A DNA stretch of 64,000 nt from Nitrosopumilus sp. (GCA_965205215.1 OZ242041.1:1248001-1312000), one strand, 5' to 3'; shown: positions 1-14,466, counted from the first letter of the stretch. Numbers and translations: made by a program. The notes: generated from the sequence alone by a model not told the origin.

Positions 1-2
1 AA

Positions 3-677
3 GATTATACTGTCGAGATTCCATCTGACAAAGAAGGTCTAGTTTCGGCCGTGTGTAACCTAGTTGAGGAGGGTGACAGGATCCACAGGGAGGAAAACGA
101 CACCCTCCCGAATGTCCACTTCGACCGGCATCTGTACCAACCTCTTCTGCTGGCTCGCGAAAATGATGTCAGGATTTACCCGCCCGGGCTGACGGAAGGC
201 GAGGCAAGGTTTGTCCGACACCTACGGGAGTACTGCGCGGACAAAAAGGACACCGTATTGGCCGGCAAAGAGGTATTCTTGTTGCGGAATCTCGGTCGGG
301 GCAAGGGTGTGGGCTTCTTCCAGACCTACGGCTTTTACCCTGACTTTATACTGTGGGTCAAGTCAGGCAATGTGCAGAGAATAGTGTTCGTCGAGCCGCA
401 CGGTATGCGCCAAGAAGATGCGCCGGATCATAGCGAAAAGGTGCAGCTCCACCGCACTATACGGGAACTGGCAGGTGAGATTGGACGCAGGCCTGGTATG
501 GCGGATGTTACGTTGGACGCGTATATAGTGTCGGAGACTGCATTTGAAGATGTGGCTAAACGGTACGGTGGTGATTGGAATCGGCGGCGATTCGTGGATG
601 AGTGTCATATCTTGTTTCCGGAACGCGGCATCGATTATGATTATCTGAAAGAGATCATTTGTGAAAATGACATGTAG
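3..677 (+). CDS. Type III restriction enzyme Res-like subunit, C-terminal nuclease part (5' partial)
   Basis: Frame is open from the window edge. FLLRN...GFYPDFILW...IVFVEPHG is a PD-(D/E)XK-type motif typical of Res C-termini. Confidence 0.7.
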   Translation, partial: DYTVEIPSDKEGLVSAVCNLVEEGDRIHREENDTLPNVHFDRHLYQPLLLARENDVRIYPPGLTEGEARFVRHLREYCADKKDTVLAGKEVFLLRNLGRGKGVGFFQTYGFYPDFILWVKSGNVQRIVFVEPHGMRQEDAPDHSEKVQLHRTIRELAGEIGRRPGMADVTLDAYIVSETAFEDVAKRYGGDWNRRRFVDECHILFPERGIDYDYLKEIICENDM

Positions 678-836
678 CTTTGCATGTAATAAAACGAATA
701 AATTAATTTGCACAAGTTCATGATCTTCTCCGAGGTTGAGAGCCGTCTACGACCACAGATTCTGTATGTTGTGAGGTGTTGGCCTGTTACCGTGATTATA
801 CAAAAAGATATAATGTCACCACAGCGTAATGTGCGC

Positions 837-3800
837 ATGCATAAACACCTTACTGTCCGTATGGCATGGCATGACAACAACTGGGATGGCAAAGTGTGTC
901 AGAACCCCGAAGAAAACATCTATTGCGTTGGAAGACACTCCCTACTCTCTGAGAGGTTGAGCCGGAGACGCATACTGTCAACAGAATCTACAAACGCTGG
1001 AAAGTGTCTTGACAAGTTGGGGGATTATATTCCGCCCTGTTTTTGGACCTCAAACGCGTTTTCTAATAAATCTGTCAATGTGCGACACGATCATCCATTT
1101 CTAAAGTATGAGAAAACCCATCAAGTACGAGAAAAACTCTCGAGCTATTCTGTATTTACGTGGCCGTTTAAGCTGTCGTTTAGCAACTCACAAGCGGACG
1201 GAAATTATCCTCCTGATCTTGAAGATCGTATTGATAGATTCATGTCAAAATTCACACCCCGAGAATCAATTGTCTTTTTTTATCTAAACTACGACAATCC
1301 AATCTCTGCAGACGAAAACAAGTACGTCCTTGTAGGATGCTCCACTTTAGCTGGCATGAAAAAGAGTGGGCATTTTGACTTTGGTTCAGAGCTATCAAAG
1401 ATCCGCAAAGGCCCCGGTATGAAGAATTTTCCCACCCTTAACTGGGCTCTCAATGTCTCTTACAACTTTGAGGATGAAGGAATCCTGCTCCCATACAAAG
1501 AGTACCTAGACCACATTAAGGATAATCCCGACGACAAGTACAAGCTCGATGAGATGCGAATCGTGATAGACGAGGAGGGGATGATTCCAAACTTCAAATA
1601 TGTGGCAATAGACATGGACGACGACTCCTGCATATACCTGCTGACAAAGATGAGGAACTCACTCTCTAAGATCAAAAATCATGACATACTTGATCCTGCA
1701 CGTACACAAAAATACATGCGCGTGATTGAAACTCTGCTTGAAAGAACATGGAAGCTTCGCGGAACGCACCCGGGTCTTGGAAACGTCTTGGATGTTGCAA
1801 TGCAACTAAACGAAGAGGATTATGGAACCGGTGATGAGATAGTAAGACTTGTCGCGCATCATAATGATGCAAAGCACGTCATGCCGGAGATCTTTTCTAT
1901 ACTATCTGGAGATTCCGAAATCCCAGATTATCTAGATGGATACTGCGGAAACCTAATGGAAGAAGCTAAGTCACAACGCATGAAGTGGGGGCTAGGACTC
2001 TTGCAAAAACTCTCGCTCTTTTCCCTGACTCACGGGCAGATCATAAATATACTAGAGGAAACCCCTAGTTGCCTTGGCCAGATCACGGAGATCAACAAGA
2101 TAGAATCTAACCCATACCTACTCTGCGAAGAGTATAATCCTACGGAACAAACTCACACGGACGACGGTGTATCTTCTTGGGACAAAAAAATCGGAACATT
2201 TGTGATTGATGTGGGCATGTTTCCAGATCCGAAATTTCTCAGAAGAAACTCCAAGCTGCAAAATCTGAGGCCTGATTCTCCGGAGAGATTACGTGCCATA
2301 ATCATAGATCATCTAAAATCTCTAGAAGGGAGAGGAGACTGTTACTCTTCACTTACTGAGATTGTAAAACACATACAACAGCATCCACTCTTCTACAAGG
2401 AAAAGATTGCGGTTTCAGCAAATGATGTGGTTTCCAATACGGGGGAATATACAGAACATTTTTGCAAAAGACTGCATATTTCCAATGGAATAGACGGTGC
2501 CCACTATGTCTACCTATTGGAGATATACCAAGCCGAACGCGAGATTGAAAAGTTTATCCGAACCCTGCTTGAACGCCCAAATTATGACACGGACAATGAC
2601 ATACAAGGCGCGAATAGGGACATAAATGAAAGCGCAAAAATACTGAAAACAAAGATACACAATTTTCCAGTGGACGAATTTATGTCGGAGCGGAAGCAGC
2701 TCTTTGAGGGAGCTGTTTCAAAATCACTTTATGTGATATCTGGTAGGCCTGGATCAGGAAAGACACGTGCCTTAAAGACGGTCATAGATACGCTGCGGAA
2801 CAAAGGGGAGAAGTTAATGTTGCTTGCCCCCACTGGCAAGGCATCGTTGAGGCTCAAAGAGGCTACCGGACATGATTCCATGACAATTGACAGGCTGATC
2901 AACCAATATGGCTACCGCTGCATGCTTGATGATCTCAGGAACACCACATGTGAGTCACAAAAAACTCTCGATGTAGAGAATATAATAATAGACGAGTCGT
3001 CCATGGTTGACCTTACAAAGCTTACTGTGTTGTTTAGAATGCTCACATCTAAGTCTAGAATTGCCGCAAAGAGGATGATATTTGTAGGGGACGAGAATCA
3101 GCTTCCGCCCATCGGATACGGAAGACCGTTCTATGACTTGATCATAATGATGAAGAGCAGTCCGAGATACAGGGATGCTAACATGATATGGTTGTCTGCC
3201 AACTGCAGGCAGAGATTTGACAGTACAGTTACGGACGTGGCAGAGATATTTCAACGTGATAACAAAAACTACGAGGAGATCTTACCCCGAATAGAAATGG
3301 GCAAATTTTCCTCATCGGGGTTCAAAGTTAGAATATGGGAAAATAAAACAAAGCTTTATTCCATGCTTGATAAAGAGATATCTAGGGTGGCAAAGGAGGT
3401 ACAGGGCGCTGACACCCTTCCGGTCGAGATGGACAAGCAGCTTAACCTGTTACTCGGACTGACGGAATCCGGTCATGCTACAGGGCAAAAACCTGATACT
3501 ATGGAATTGGATAGATTTCAAATACTGAGCCCGTACAATGGAGAATATTTTGGAACACTTGGACTTAACGAATACATTGGAAAGCAGTACAGGAAGAATC
3601 GACACCCTGCAGAATCAAGTATATGGGGAAAGACAATCCCGTTTTTACATTCTGATAAGATCATTTGTATTAAAAATCAATACAGTTATGGATATGGAAG
3701 AAAAATGATGCTCTCCAATGGCTCGATCGGAGTAGTAAACATAGTATATGATAAATACCCAAAGCGTATTTTCTTGTTTCCAGATAGCCAAGAACCTTTG

Positions 3801-4517
3801 ATAAAATTACCGGGTAATTTAGACCATTATGATCTCGCATATGCAATAACCGTGCACAAGTCACAGGGAAGTGAATTTAGCCATACATTCATAGTGATCC
3901 CAGAGAAAAGGGCCATTCTTTCAAGAGAGCTTGTCTATACAGCTTTGACGCGCTCTACGGGCAAAGTTACATTGTTCTTACAGAATGTGGGAGATGTCAG
4001 AAATAATACACGCGCAGCCAATGCAGGAATTCTTGAATATGCCAGAAGTCGCTCAGATATACAACCCAGACTGACATCAATTTTCGAGGCGCCCGAAGAT
4101 CGAAGGAACATGTACCAACCAGAGAAAGGAACATTTGTAAGATCAAAGGCTGAGTACATTATATTTACAGAACTGAGAAAACGGGAAGCAAAATTTGAGT
4201 ATGAACGACCCTGTGATCTTGAGTTGGAAGATGGGAGGAAGATCCCGTTCAAACCTGACTTTACCATATGGACGAAGGATGGAAGAGAATACTATCTTGA
4301 GCATCTGGGAATGTTAGATCGAAAAGATTATGCAGACTGCTGGAGGCGCAGACGGAAATGCTACGAACGGACAGGTTTGGCAGACATGCTAATTACCACA
4401 GATGATCGCAATGGAATAGATGCAGAGAACATAGGCCGGATACTTAACGATCTGGAATCTGGCAGGTTGGAGGCTACTATGGAACCTTCTCTTCATCACT
4501 ATGTGTTGCAAGGATAG
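837..4517 (+). CDS. RecD-like superfamily 1 helicase with long N-terminal domain and C-terminal PD-(D/E)XK-like nuclease
   Basis: Walker A GRPGSGKT, LAPTGKA, IIDESSM, VGDENQLPPIG, AYAITVHKSQGSEF, YTALTR. C-terminal RSKAE...PDFTI...YLEHLGM. Likely start is ATG 837 (MHKHLTVRMAWHD). Confidence 0.85.
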   Translation: MHKHLTVRMAWHDNNWDGKVCQNPEENIYCVGRHSLLSERLSRRRILSTESTNAGKCLDKLGDYIPPCFWTSNAFSNKSVNVRHDHPFLKYEKTHQVREKLSSYSVFTWPFKLSFSNSQADGNYPPDLEDRIDRFMSKFTPRESIVFFYLNYDNPISADENKYVLVGCSTLAGMKKSGHFDFGSELSKIRKGPGMKNFPTLNWALNVSYNFEDEGILLPYKEYLDHIKDNPDDKYKLDEMRIVIDEEGMIPNFKYVAIDMDDDSCIYLLTKMRNSLSKIKNHDILDPARTQKYMRVIETLLERTWKLRGTHPGLGNVLDVAMQLNEEDYGTGDEIVRLVAHHNDAKHVMPEIFSILSGDSEIPDYLDGYCGNLMEEAKSQRMKWGLGLLQKLSLFSLTHGQIINILEETPSCLGQITEINKIESNPYLLCEEYNPTEQTHTDDGVSSWDKKIGTFVIDVGMFPDPKFLRRNSKLQNLRPDSPERLRAIIIDHLKSLEGRGDCYSSLTEIVKHIQQHPLFYKEKIAVSANDVVSNTGEYTEHFCKRLHISNGIDGAHYVYLLEIYQAEREIEKFIRTLLERPNYDTDNDIQGANRDINESAKILKTKIHNFPVDEFMSERKQLFEGAVSKSLYVISGRPGSGKTRALKTVIDTLRNKGEKLMLLAPTGKASLRLKEATGHDSMTIDRLINQYGYRCMLDDLRNTTCESQKTLDVENIIIDESSMVDLTKLTVLFRMLTSKSRIAAKRMIFVGDENQLPPIGYGRPFYDLIIMMKSSPRYRDANMIWLSANCRQRFDSTVTDVAEIFQRDNKNYEEILPRIEMGKFSSSGFKVRIWENKTKLYSMLDKEISRVAKEVQGADTLPVEMDKQLNLLLGLTESGHATGQKPDTMELDRFQILSPYNGEYFGTLGLNEYIGKQYRKNRHPAESSIWGKTIPFLHSDKIICIKNQYSYGYGRKMMLSNGSIGVVNIVYDKYPKRIFLFPDSQEPLIKLPGNLDHYDLAYAITVHKSQGSEFSHTFIVIPEKRAILSRELVYTALTRSTGKVTLFLQNVGDVRNNTRAANAGILEYARSRSDIQPRLTSIFEAPEDRRNMYQPEKGTFVRSKAEYIIFTELRKREAKFEYERPCDLELEDGRKIPFKPDFTIWTKDGREYYLEHLGMLDRKDYADCWRRRRKCYERTGLADMLITTDDRNGIDAENIGRILNDLESGRLEATMEPSLHHYVLQG

Positions 4518-4592
4518 AAGTACGTCAAATTCATGTCCAAATTCAGAGATCAGATGTATTGAGCGCAATTTAAAAAACGTATTTGCTCAAGT

Positions 4593-4628
4593 TATAGCGA
4601 CGTTCATAAATTTATGAGCGTCGCTGTA
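4593..4628 (+). terminator. 18-bp-arm hairpin between convergent genes (putative terminator or processing site)
   Basis: tatagcgacgttcataaa / tttatgagcgtcgctgta; both mismatches are U-G wobbles on the + strand. Confidence 0.5.
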
Positions 4629-4629
4629 G

Positions 4630-5330
4630 TCAACCAAGCCTTGTCTGTATCTCGCCATCGACATCCAAGGTCTGTTGGCCAAGTGCCTGTAGCGCCTTCT
4701 CACTATTATTGATCTGTTCTGTCGGATCCATGCCTTCAAATTCATTGGGTAATTCAGAAATTATACGATCGGATTCTACGCCAACGTGAACTAGACGTTC
4801 CACCATAGCGTGCAATTCTTTGCCTGTCATGTTGCGAAACGGCGCGCGATCAATGCCTGCTCTTGATGCCTTAGGAACCCATGTGAGCCACCCTACTGGT
4901 GTACGACCGTTTACCTTGTAATTACACACAGGAAGATTGTCAAATATTTTGACACCGTCTACGATTAGTGTGGTGAGATCATCAATTGTCTTAGGGCCGG
5001 GGCCTACGTTACTCTTGCGTCCAAATTTAATTGAGCGTGGGTTGTCCGGAATTGGATTGAGTGGCTTGCCCAATCTGTATCTTTTACAGGTTTCATAGTT
5101 CAGATGAAGGTCCGCAAGTTTACGACCTGATTTTGAAAACGCCCAAAAATCTGGAGCCATAGGTATGTGCGGTATTCCTCTTATCAAATTTGCTTGGTAT
5201 GTGTCACGGTATTCTGGCGAGTGCAACAGGCCGTATGTGTAAAAGAATATGTCCTCCTTGGTTATTGTATTATCTTGATAGATATTTTGATATCGTTCAA
5301 GAGCCCAGTCAGTAATGTTATCCTGCATTA

Positions 5331-5334
<4 letters not shown>
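4630..5334 (-). CDS. Type ISP restriction-modification enzyme C-terminal domain (separate ORF or frameshifted segment)
   Basis: DNITDWAL...ITKEDIFFYTYGLLHSPEYR...IPHIP...GRKLADLHLNYE matches the LlaGI/LlaBIII-type C-terminus. Its start overlaps the upstream stop (ATGA). Confidence 0.8.
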
Positions 5335-9688
<4,354 letters not shown>

Positions 9689-9730
9689 TGACTTCTCATC
9701 ATATGTCCTGTTTTTCTATATTTCTCTTCT

Positions 9731-10126
9731 CTAACTTGGTGATCCCTGCCTGTGTCTACTGTGTTGGTTCTGATGCCTGTGCGCTGCTGTTGTTCTACCG
9801 TGTGTCTTTTTGGACTGCCACTTTGAGATCCTGCTGTTTAGCCTGCTGATCTCTTCTGTACTATACTGCTTGTGCAGATCCGGCGGCAATAGCAAGAGCA
9901 GTTCGTCAATGGACTTGTCATAGTGGTTTGACCTCTCCCATGCATACTCCAGCGCCCGTACCACGTTGTCTGCTTTTACCTTGCCTGGATCGCTTTTGGG
10001 GCCTATGTATATGGAGCTCTTGCCGGCCTGAAAGTACAGGTACTCGTTTCCCTTTAAGATCTTCACATTCAATGCCATTCTGATGTTATCCGATTGTATG
10101 TTATCTTTTTTATACATTTCTGTCAT
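9731..10126 (-). CDS. Small basic protein divergent from the integrase (candidate DNA-binding or directionality factor)
   Basis: 131-aa ORF with KILKGNEYLYFQAGKSSIYIGP, reminiscent of small MGE proteins with a YLY...YIG beta-sheet. Function is inferred from position. Confidence 0.55.
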   Translation of the reverse strand: MTEMYKKDNIQSDNIRMALNVKILKGNEYLYFQAGKSSIYIGPKSDPGKVKADNVVRALEYAWERSNHYDKSIDELLLLLPPDLHKQYSTEEISRLNSRISKWQSKKTHGRTTAAHRHQNQHSRHRQGSPS

Positions 10127-10139
10127 AGTTAGACTGTTT

Positions 10140-10169
10140 TACGTTAACTATAAATAGGAAGTTAACGTA
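10140..10169. promoter_or_regulatory. Perfect 10-bp inverted repeat enclosing a TATA-like box between divergent genes
   Basis: TACGTTAACT-ataaatagga-AGTTAACGTA. Confidence 0.6.
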
Positions 10170-10181
10170 TATTATTCTAAC

Positions 10182-11591
10182 ATGGATCCAAACATGGTGT
10201 CGCTGGATGAGTACTGCCAGAATGCGGTTGCTCGCAGTGATGGTGCCTGCACTTCGCACAATGATAAAATACGTGTGGATTGCTGTACATACAGTGAAGT
10301 CACCGAAAGGTTGACCGATATGGGAAACAACAAGACGCACACAACACAGAACACTGCCAACAAAAAACGAAGCAAGCGAACATCAAGAAAGGACAAGTTG
10401 CTTGTACATCCTGAAATCAGGAGATGGCATGCAAACTTGGCGCGCGGATCCGTGCTCACGGCCGACGTAAGAATCAGGCGTCTGGACGCGTTCTGCGAGA
10501 TGCATGACATGAGTCCAATGCAGCTTGCGGATCTAGGCATGAAGGACCTGAGGTCTGCGACCAACCTACTGGAGGATCACATCACGTGGATGGAGGACAA
10601 GAACTATTCGCCTGGCTACATAGAGGACTATGTCAAGGCCGTAAAGTCTTGGCTCTCGCACTTTGACGTGCAGGTACGCCGCAAGCTCAAGATAAGGAAT
10701 CCTGACTTTGCGCCCACGCTGCAGAACGAGAGGGTGCCAGACGCAGGGGAGATGTCAGAGCTTTTCTCCAGGGCGCCCCTGCGTTCGTCCGCGATGATAT
10801 CGCTGATGGCAAAGTCCGGCATCCGTCCGGAGGTCATGGGGAACCACGACGGCACGGACGGCTTGAGAATGCGCGACCTGCCAGACGTGGTGATACACCA
10901 GGGGGTGGCAAAATGCATCCGCACGCCAAACCAGATCGTCGTAAGGAGGACGCTCTCAAAGACGCGGCACCAGTATTTCACGTTCCTGACCACATCGGGA
11001 ACTGACAAGCTGCTGGCATACCTGAACGACCGGCTTGCGGCAGGCGAGCCCTTGCACGGGGATTCTGCGGTAATTGCGCCGGACCACAAGTACAAGACGA
11101 ACCGGAGCTCAAACCGCGGCAAGCAGTTCCTGCCCACCACGCAGATAAGCAGGGAGATTCGCAGGACGTTTCGGCCCCGGTTTTCATGGAGGCCCTACAT
11201 ATTGCGGGCGTACTTTGATACCGAGCTGCTGGTCGCAGAGTCCAAGGGGAAGATGGCACACGACTTCCGGGTGTTCTTTATGGGACACAAGGGGTCGATG
11301 GAGTCCAAGTATACCACAAACAAGGGCGTGCTGCCCGAGATACTGCTGCACGAGATGCGCGAATCCTTTGCACGGTCCGAAGAGTTACTTGACCTCGAGG
11401 CCGGTACCAAGAGGGACGGCGTTCTGGAGCAGAAGGAGGAAATGCACCACCTGATACGAAACGCGACGCCGGTACAGCTGGACCTGATGCTAGAGGCGCT
11501 CCATCATGTGATGGTGGGCGCCGGCAATATGACAGGTCCGGCAGCCGTAACAGCGGCAACGACGACAACGGCAACTGCAATGGCCAGCTAG
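10182..11591 (+). CDS. Site-specific tyrosine recombinase (integrase)
   Basis: SGIRPE (catalytic R), SKT (K), PYILRAYF (YxxR variant of HxxR), FFMGH and downstream Y. Adjacent to a tRNA. The true start may be ATG 10320. Confidence 0.9.
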   Translation: MDPNMVSLDEYCQNAVARSDGACTSHNDKIRVDCCTYSEVTERLTDMGNNKTHTTQNTANKKRSKRTSRKDKLLVHPEIRRWHANLARGSVLTADVRIRRLDAFCEMHDMSPMQLADLGMKDLRSATNLLEDHITWMEDKNYSPGYIEDYVKAVKSWLSHFDVQVRRKLKIRNPDFAPTLQNERVPDAGEMSELFSRAPLRSSAMISLMAKSGIRPEVMGNHDGTDGLRMRDLPDVVIHQGVAKCIRTPNQIVVRRTLSKTRHQYFTFLTTSGTDKLLAYLNDRLAAGEPLHGDSAVIAPDHKYKTNRSSNRGKQFLPTTQISREIRRTFRPRFSWRPYILRAYFDTELLVAESKGKMAHDFRVFFMGHKGSMESKYTTNKGVLPEILLHEMRESFARSEELLDLEAGTKRDGVLEQKEEMHHLIRNATPVQLDLMLEALHHVMVGAGNMTGPAAVTAATTTTATAMAS

Positions 11592-11787
11592 TCATACCCT
11601 GTGCAGACATAGAACGGATGCTATCGCAGGGCTGCCGGTTCGTTGCAAGCCTGCCTGACGGGCGGATCATAGTCGAGCGGCCCACCGCGGCCGCATCCTC
11701 GACGGCGGCTACCGCGGACACTCCTGCGGCAACAACAACACCCTCCGCACAACAACGCGCAGCCGGGATTAAGATCCAGAGTGGGAA

Positions 11788-11878
11788 TGGACCGGGTGGG
11801 ATTCGGACCCACGACCTTTGCGGGCTGTGCCTTACGCAGTGTGAGTGCGTCATCCAAACCAGGCTAGACGACCGGTCC
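11788..11878 (-). tRNA. tRNA-Val(CAC) with a 16-nt intron at non-canonical position ~44/45 (11817-11832)
   Basis: Acceptor stem GGACCGG/CCGGTCC-A, anticodon arm ACGCA-CTCACAC-TGCGT, T arm GTGGG/CCCAC. The BHB motif TGCG-TAA-GGC...GCC-CGCA-AAG flanks the insert. Confidence 0.9.
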
Positions 11879-12065
11879 GTCCTGACTGGACAATGAGCTG
11901 CTTTTTTGTCTTTTGCTAGCCCGTTGGGTACTTGCAACTCCTGCATGCTCATGAACTGGGCCGCAGTCACTCCGTTGCCGGTGCATGCTGGAGCGAGTCA
12001 CGCGTCACGTGCCAACCCGCCGTCGCATTTTGAACGTTTTTAAACGCAATGTACTCGATTGCTGT

Positions 12066-14141
12066 ATGACCATGCCGTTGCGGCATCCTTCCCTCGTACT
12101 GATCTCAGCCGTGGCGCTGATCGCGGCAATGGCAGTTGCCGTGCCGCAGGACGCCTCGGCAGAGACGTTGGGGGCATACGTGGACAGTGTGACGTTCACA
12201 AAGCAGGATCCGGCCGCGGCCGTAGGCAACCTGATAGCCGGGGACATCGACATGTACTATCTCTCCATATCCAAGGCCGAGTCCCAGGCGGTGCGCGATG
12301 CCGGACACAGGGTGTTTCAATCCACGGGCGGCACGGTCTACTCCATATACGTGAACCCTACAACCGACACAGCAAACGGCTTCAACCCTTTCTCGCTGCA
12401 AGAGGCCAGGTATGCGATAAACTACCTGGTGGACAGGGGCGACATAATAGACAACGTCCTGCCCAGCTCGGGCACCGAACTCTTCTCTGCCATAACCCCG
12501 GGGCATCCGGACTACGACCTGGTGCAAGACGTACTGGCACCTCTCGGACTGCGGTACGACCCTGCGGAGGCCGACCGCCTCTTTGAGGCAGCCCTTGTTC
12601 CGGCGGGCGCCTCGAAGGGTTCAGACGGCAGGTGGACCTACGGCGGGCAGCCCATAGAGATAACGGTGTTTGTCAGAAGCGACGACGCGGTGCGCAAGTC
12701 GATAGGAGATAAACTTGTGGCGGATCTTGGCAGGGCGGGCTTTGCAGCGAAGCCGGTATACGGGGATCTGTTCGACGCATTCCGCGTCGTGTACGACTCC
12801 AACCCCGCGGATCAGGCGTGGCACCTGTACACGGAGGCTTGGAACGGATTCGGGACTGTCAAATACGACAATTCCAGACTCGCGTCATACTATGCCCCTT
12901 GGACTGAAAGACTTCCGGGCGGTCTGGAGGACGGCCTGTGGAACTATGAGCACGCGGAGCTTGACAGGCTGACCCAGTCTCTTTACAATATGGAGTATAA
13001 CTCGCAGGACGAGAGGGCGTCCCTGGTAGAGGACGCGGCCCGTCTTGCCGTCCAAGAGTCCGTCCGGGTCTTTCTTGTCTCCGAGCACCAGTCGTACGCG
13101 GTAAGGGACGGAGTCACGGGCGTGGTAAACGCCCCGGGTTCCGGAATTGCAAACAGGTTCACGCCGATCAACGCGCAGCTGCCGGGCGGCGACACCGGCC
13201 TCGACATCGGCGTGCGCCATGTGGCGCAGAGCTCTTGGAATACTGTCGGAGGGTTGTCTGACTCGTACAGCACTGACGTGTGGCATATCCTGAGCGACCC
13301 GGGGGCGGTGCGCAACCCGCACACCGCGGACCTGATACCTGCAAGGAACGTCTATACCTCCGTGGAGACTGCGGGGCCTGACGGCGTGCTTGCGATACCG
13401 CCGGGTGCGGTGACTTGGGACGCGGATGATCGCGAGTGGGTCGGCCTGCCTTCGGGCAAGGGCGCCGCCAGCAAGGTTACTATAGATCTGCGCTTCTCAG
13501 AGTGGCACCACGGCCAGCCGATGGACATGAACGACATATTTTACGCCGTATATCTCCAGTTTGAGCACGGCCTGCTGGTGGACGACGACCCGCGCATTCC
13601 AGTGGGGCTGAGGGTGCCGGACGCGGGCCGGGACACGGTCGAGGTGTATCTGGATTATTGGCATTTTGACGAGGCCGAGATTGCCGCCGTCGCAACCACG
13701 TGGAGCACGCTGCCCTGGGAGGTATACGCCGCCATGGAGCAGGCGGTTCGCAACAACCAGACCCATTGGGACGGGGACGCGGCGCTTGCGCGTGGTGTGA
13801 GCTGGCTTGACATGCTTGACGCCTCCGACACCGCCCTGATAAGAAGCCACTTGGTCGCGCTCAGGGATACTGGCCACGCCAGCCATGTGCCTGACTTTCT
13901 GCCCCCGGGTGCGACGACCGCGTACGTAGACGGGCGGTACGACGCGGCCATATCGTGGATAGACGCCCGGGGACACCTGGCGGTGAGCAACGGGCCGTTC
14001 TATCTTGACTCCTACTCGGCAGGTTCGGACGGCGCCATTGTGGAGATGACGGTGAAAAAGTACGACGACCCGTCGTACCCGTTTGCAGCGGGCCACTGGA
14101 ACGCGTTTACAATCGACTCTTCGCAGCGGATCTGCCGCTGA
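12066..14141 (+). CDS. ABC transporter substrate-binding protein (peptide/nickel, family 5)
   Basis: Signal peptide, NPFSLQEARYAINYLVDR, WHHGQPMDMNDI, SNGPFYLDSY. No permease gene is adjacent. Confidence 0.85.
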   Translation: MTMPLRHPSLVLISAVALIAAMAVAVPQDASAETLGAYVDSVTFTKQDPAAAVGNLIAGDIDMYYLSISKAESQAVRDAGHRVFQSTGGTVYSIYVNPTTDTANGFNPFSLQEARYAINYLVDRGDIIDNVLPSSGTELFSAITPGHPDYDLVQDVLAPLGLRYDPAEADRLFEAALVPAGASKGSDGRWTYGGQPIEITVFVRSDDAVRKSIGDKLVADLGRAGFAAKPVYGDLFDAFRVVYDSNPADQAWHLYTEAWNGFGTVKYDNSRLASYYAPWTERLPGGLEDGLWNYEHAELDRLTQSLYNMEYNSQDERASLVEDAARLAVQESVRVFLVSEHQSYAVRDGVTGVVNAPGSGIANRFTPINAQLPGGDTGLDIGVRHVAQSSWNTVGGLSDSYSTDVWHILSDPGAVRNPHTADLIPARNVYTSVETAGPDGVLAIPPGAVTWDADDREWVGLPSGKGAASKVTIDLRFSEWHHGQPMDMNDIFYAVYLQFEHGLLVDDDPRIPVGLRVPDAGRDTVEVYLDYWHFDEAEIAAVATTWSTLPWEVYAAMEQAVRNNQTHWDGDAALARGVSWLDMLDASDTALIRSHLVALRDTGHASHVPDFLPPGATTAYVDGRYDAAISWIDARGHLAVSNGPFYLDSYSAGSDGAIVEMTVKKYDDPSYPFAAGHWNAFTIDSSQRICR

Positions 14142-14268
14142 CTATGGTAAGCCCGCGCCCCCTCCAGTCCTTCTGAATTCCACCCGCGCGGGGCCGCGCG
14201 CAGTCTTGCGGTGTATCCTTGCAGGGTCTGCGGCAGCGGGCGCATGCTTTTGGCATGCGGACGCCGCG

Positions 14269-14436
14269 CTACTTCTTGATGCCCAGGTTGCGGTTCTTGA
14301 GCCGCAGGTACGGGTTGCGGCACTTGCGGCACCTGGTCGCGCCTATGTCGTTGCGGCAGCCGCAGTTGAAGCATATCTTCATGACCAGGCGCGCCTGCTG
14401 GGCTATGCGCTTTTTCTCCGGGTCTGTAATGGGCAT
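14269..14436 (-). CDS. rpl40e: 50S ribosomal protein L40e
   Basis: Manual translation MPITDPEKKRIAQQARLVMKICFNCGCRNDIGATRCRKCRNPYLRLKNRNLGIKK (below the ORF-track cutoff). Confidence 0.93.
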   Translation of the reverse strand: MPITDPEKKRIAQQARLVMKICFNCGCRNDIGATRCRKCRNPYLRLKNRNLGIKK

Positions 14437-14466
14437 CACTGAATCGCCTCGGTTGCTCCTTTTATT

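Noticed and set aside
11618-11970. ORFs overlapping the tRNA
   Set aside because: Low-complexity translations across a clear tRNA gene.
14012-14374. 120-aa minus-strand ORF
   Set aside because: Out-of-frame shadow of rpl40e.
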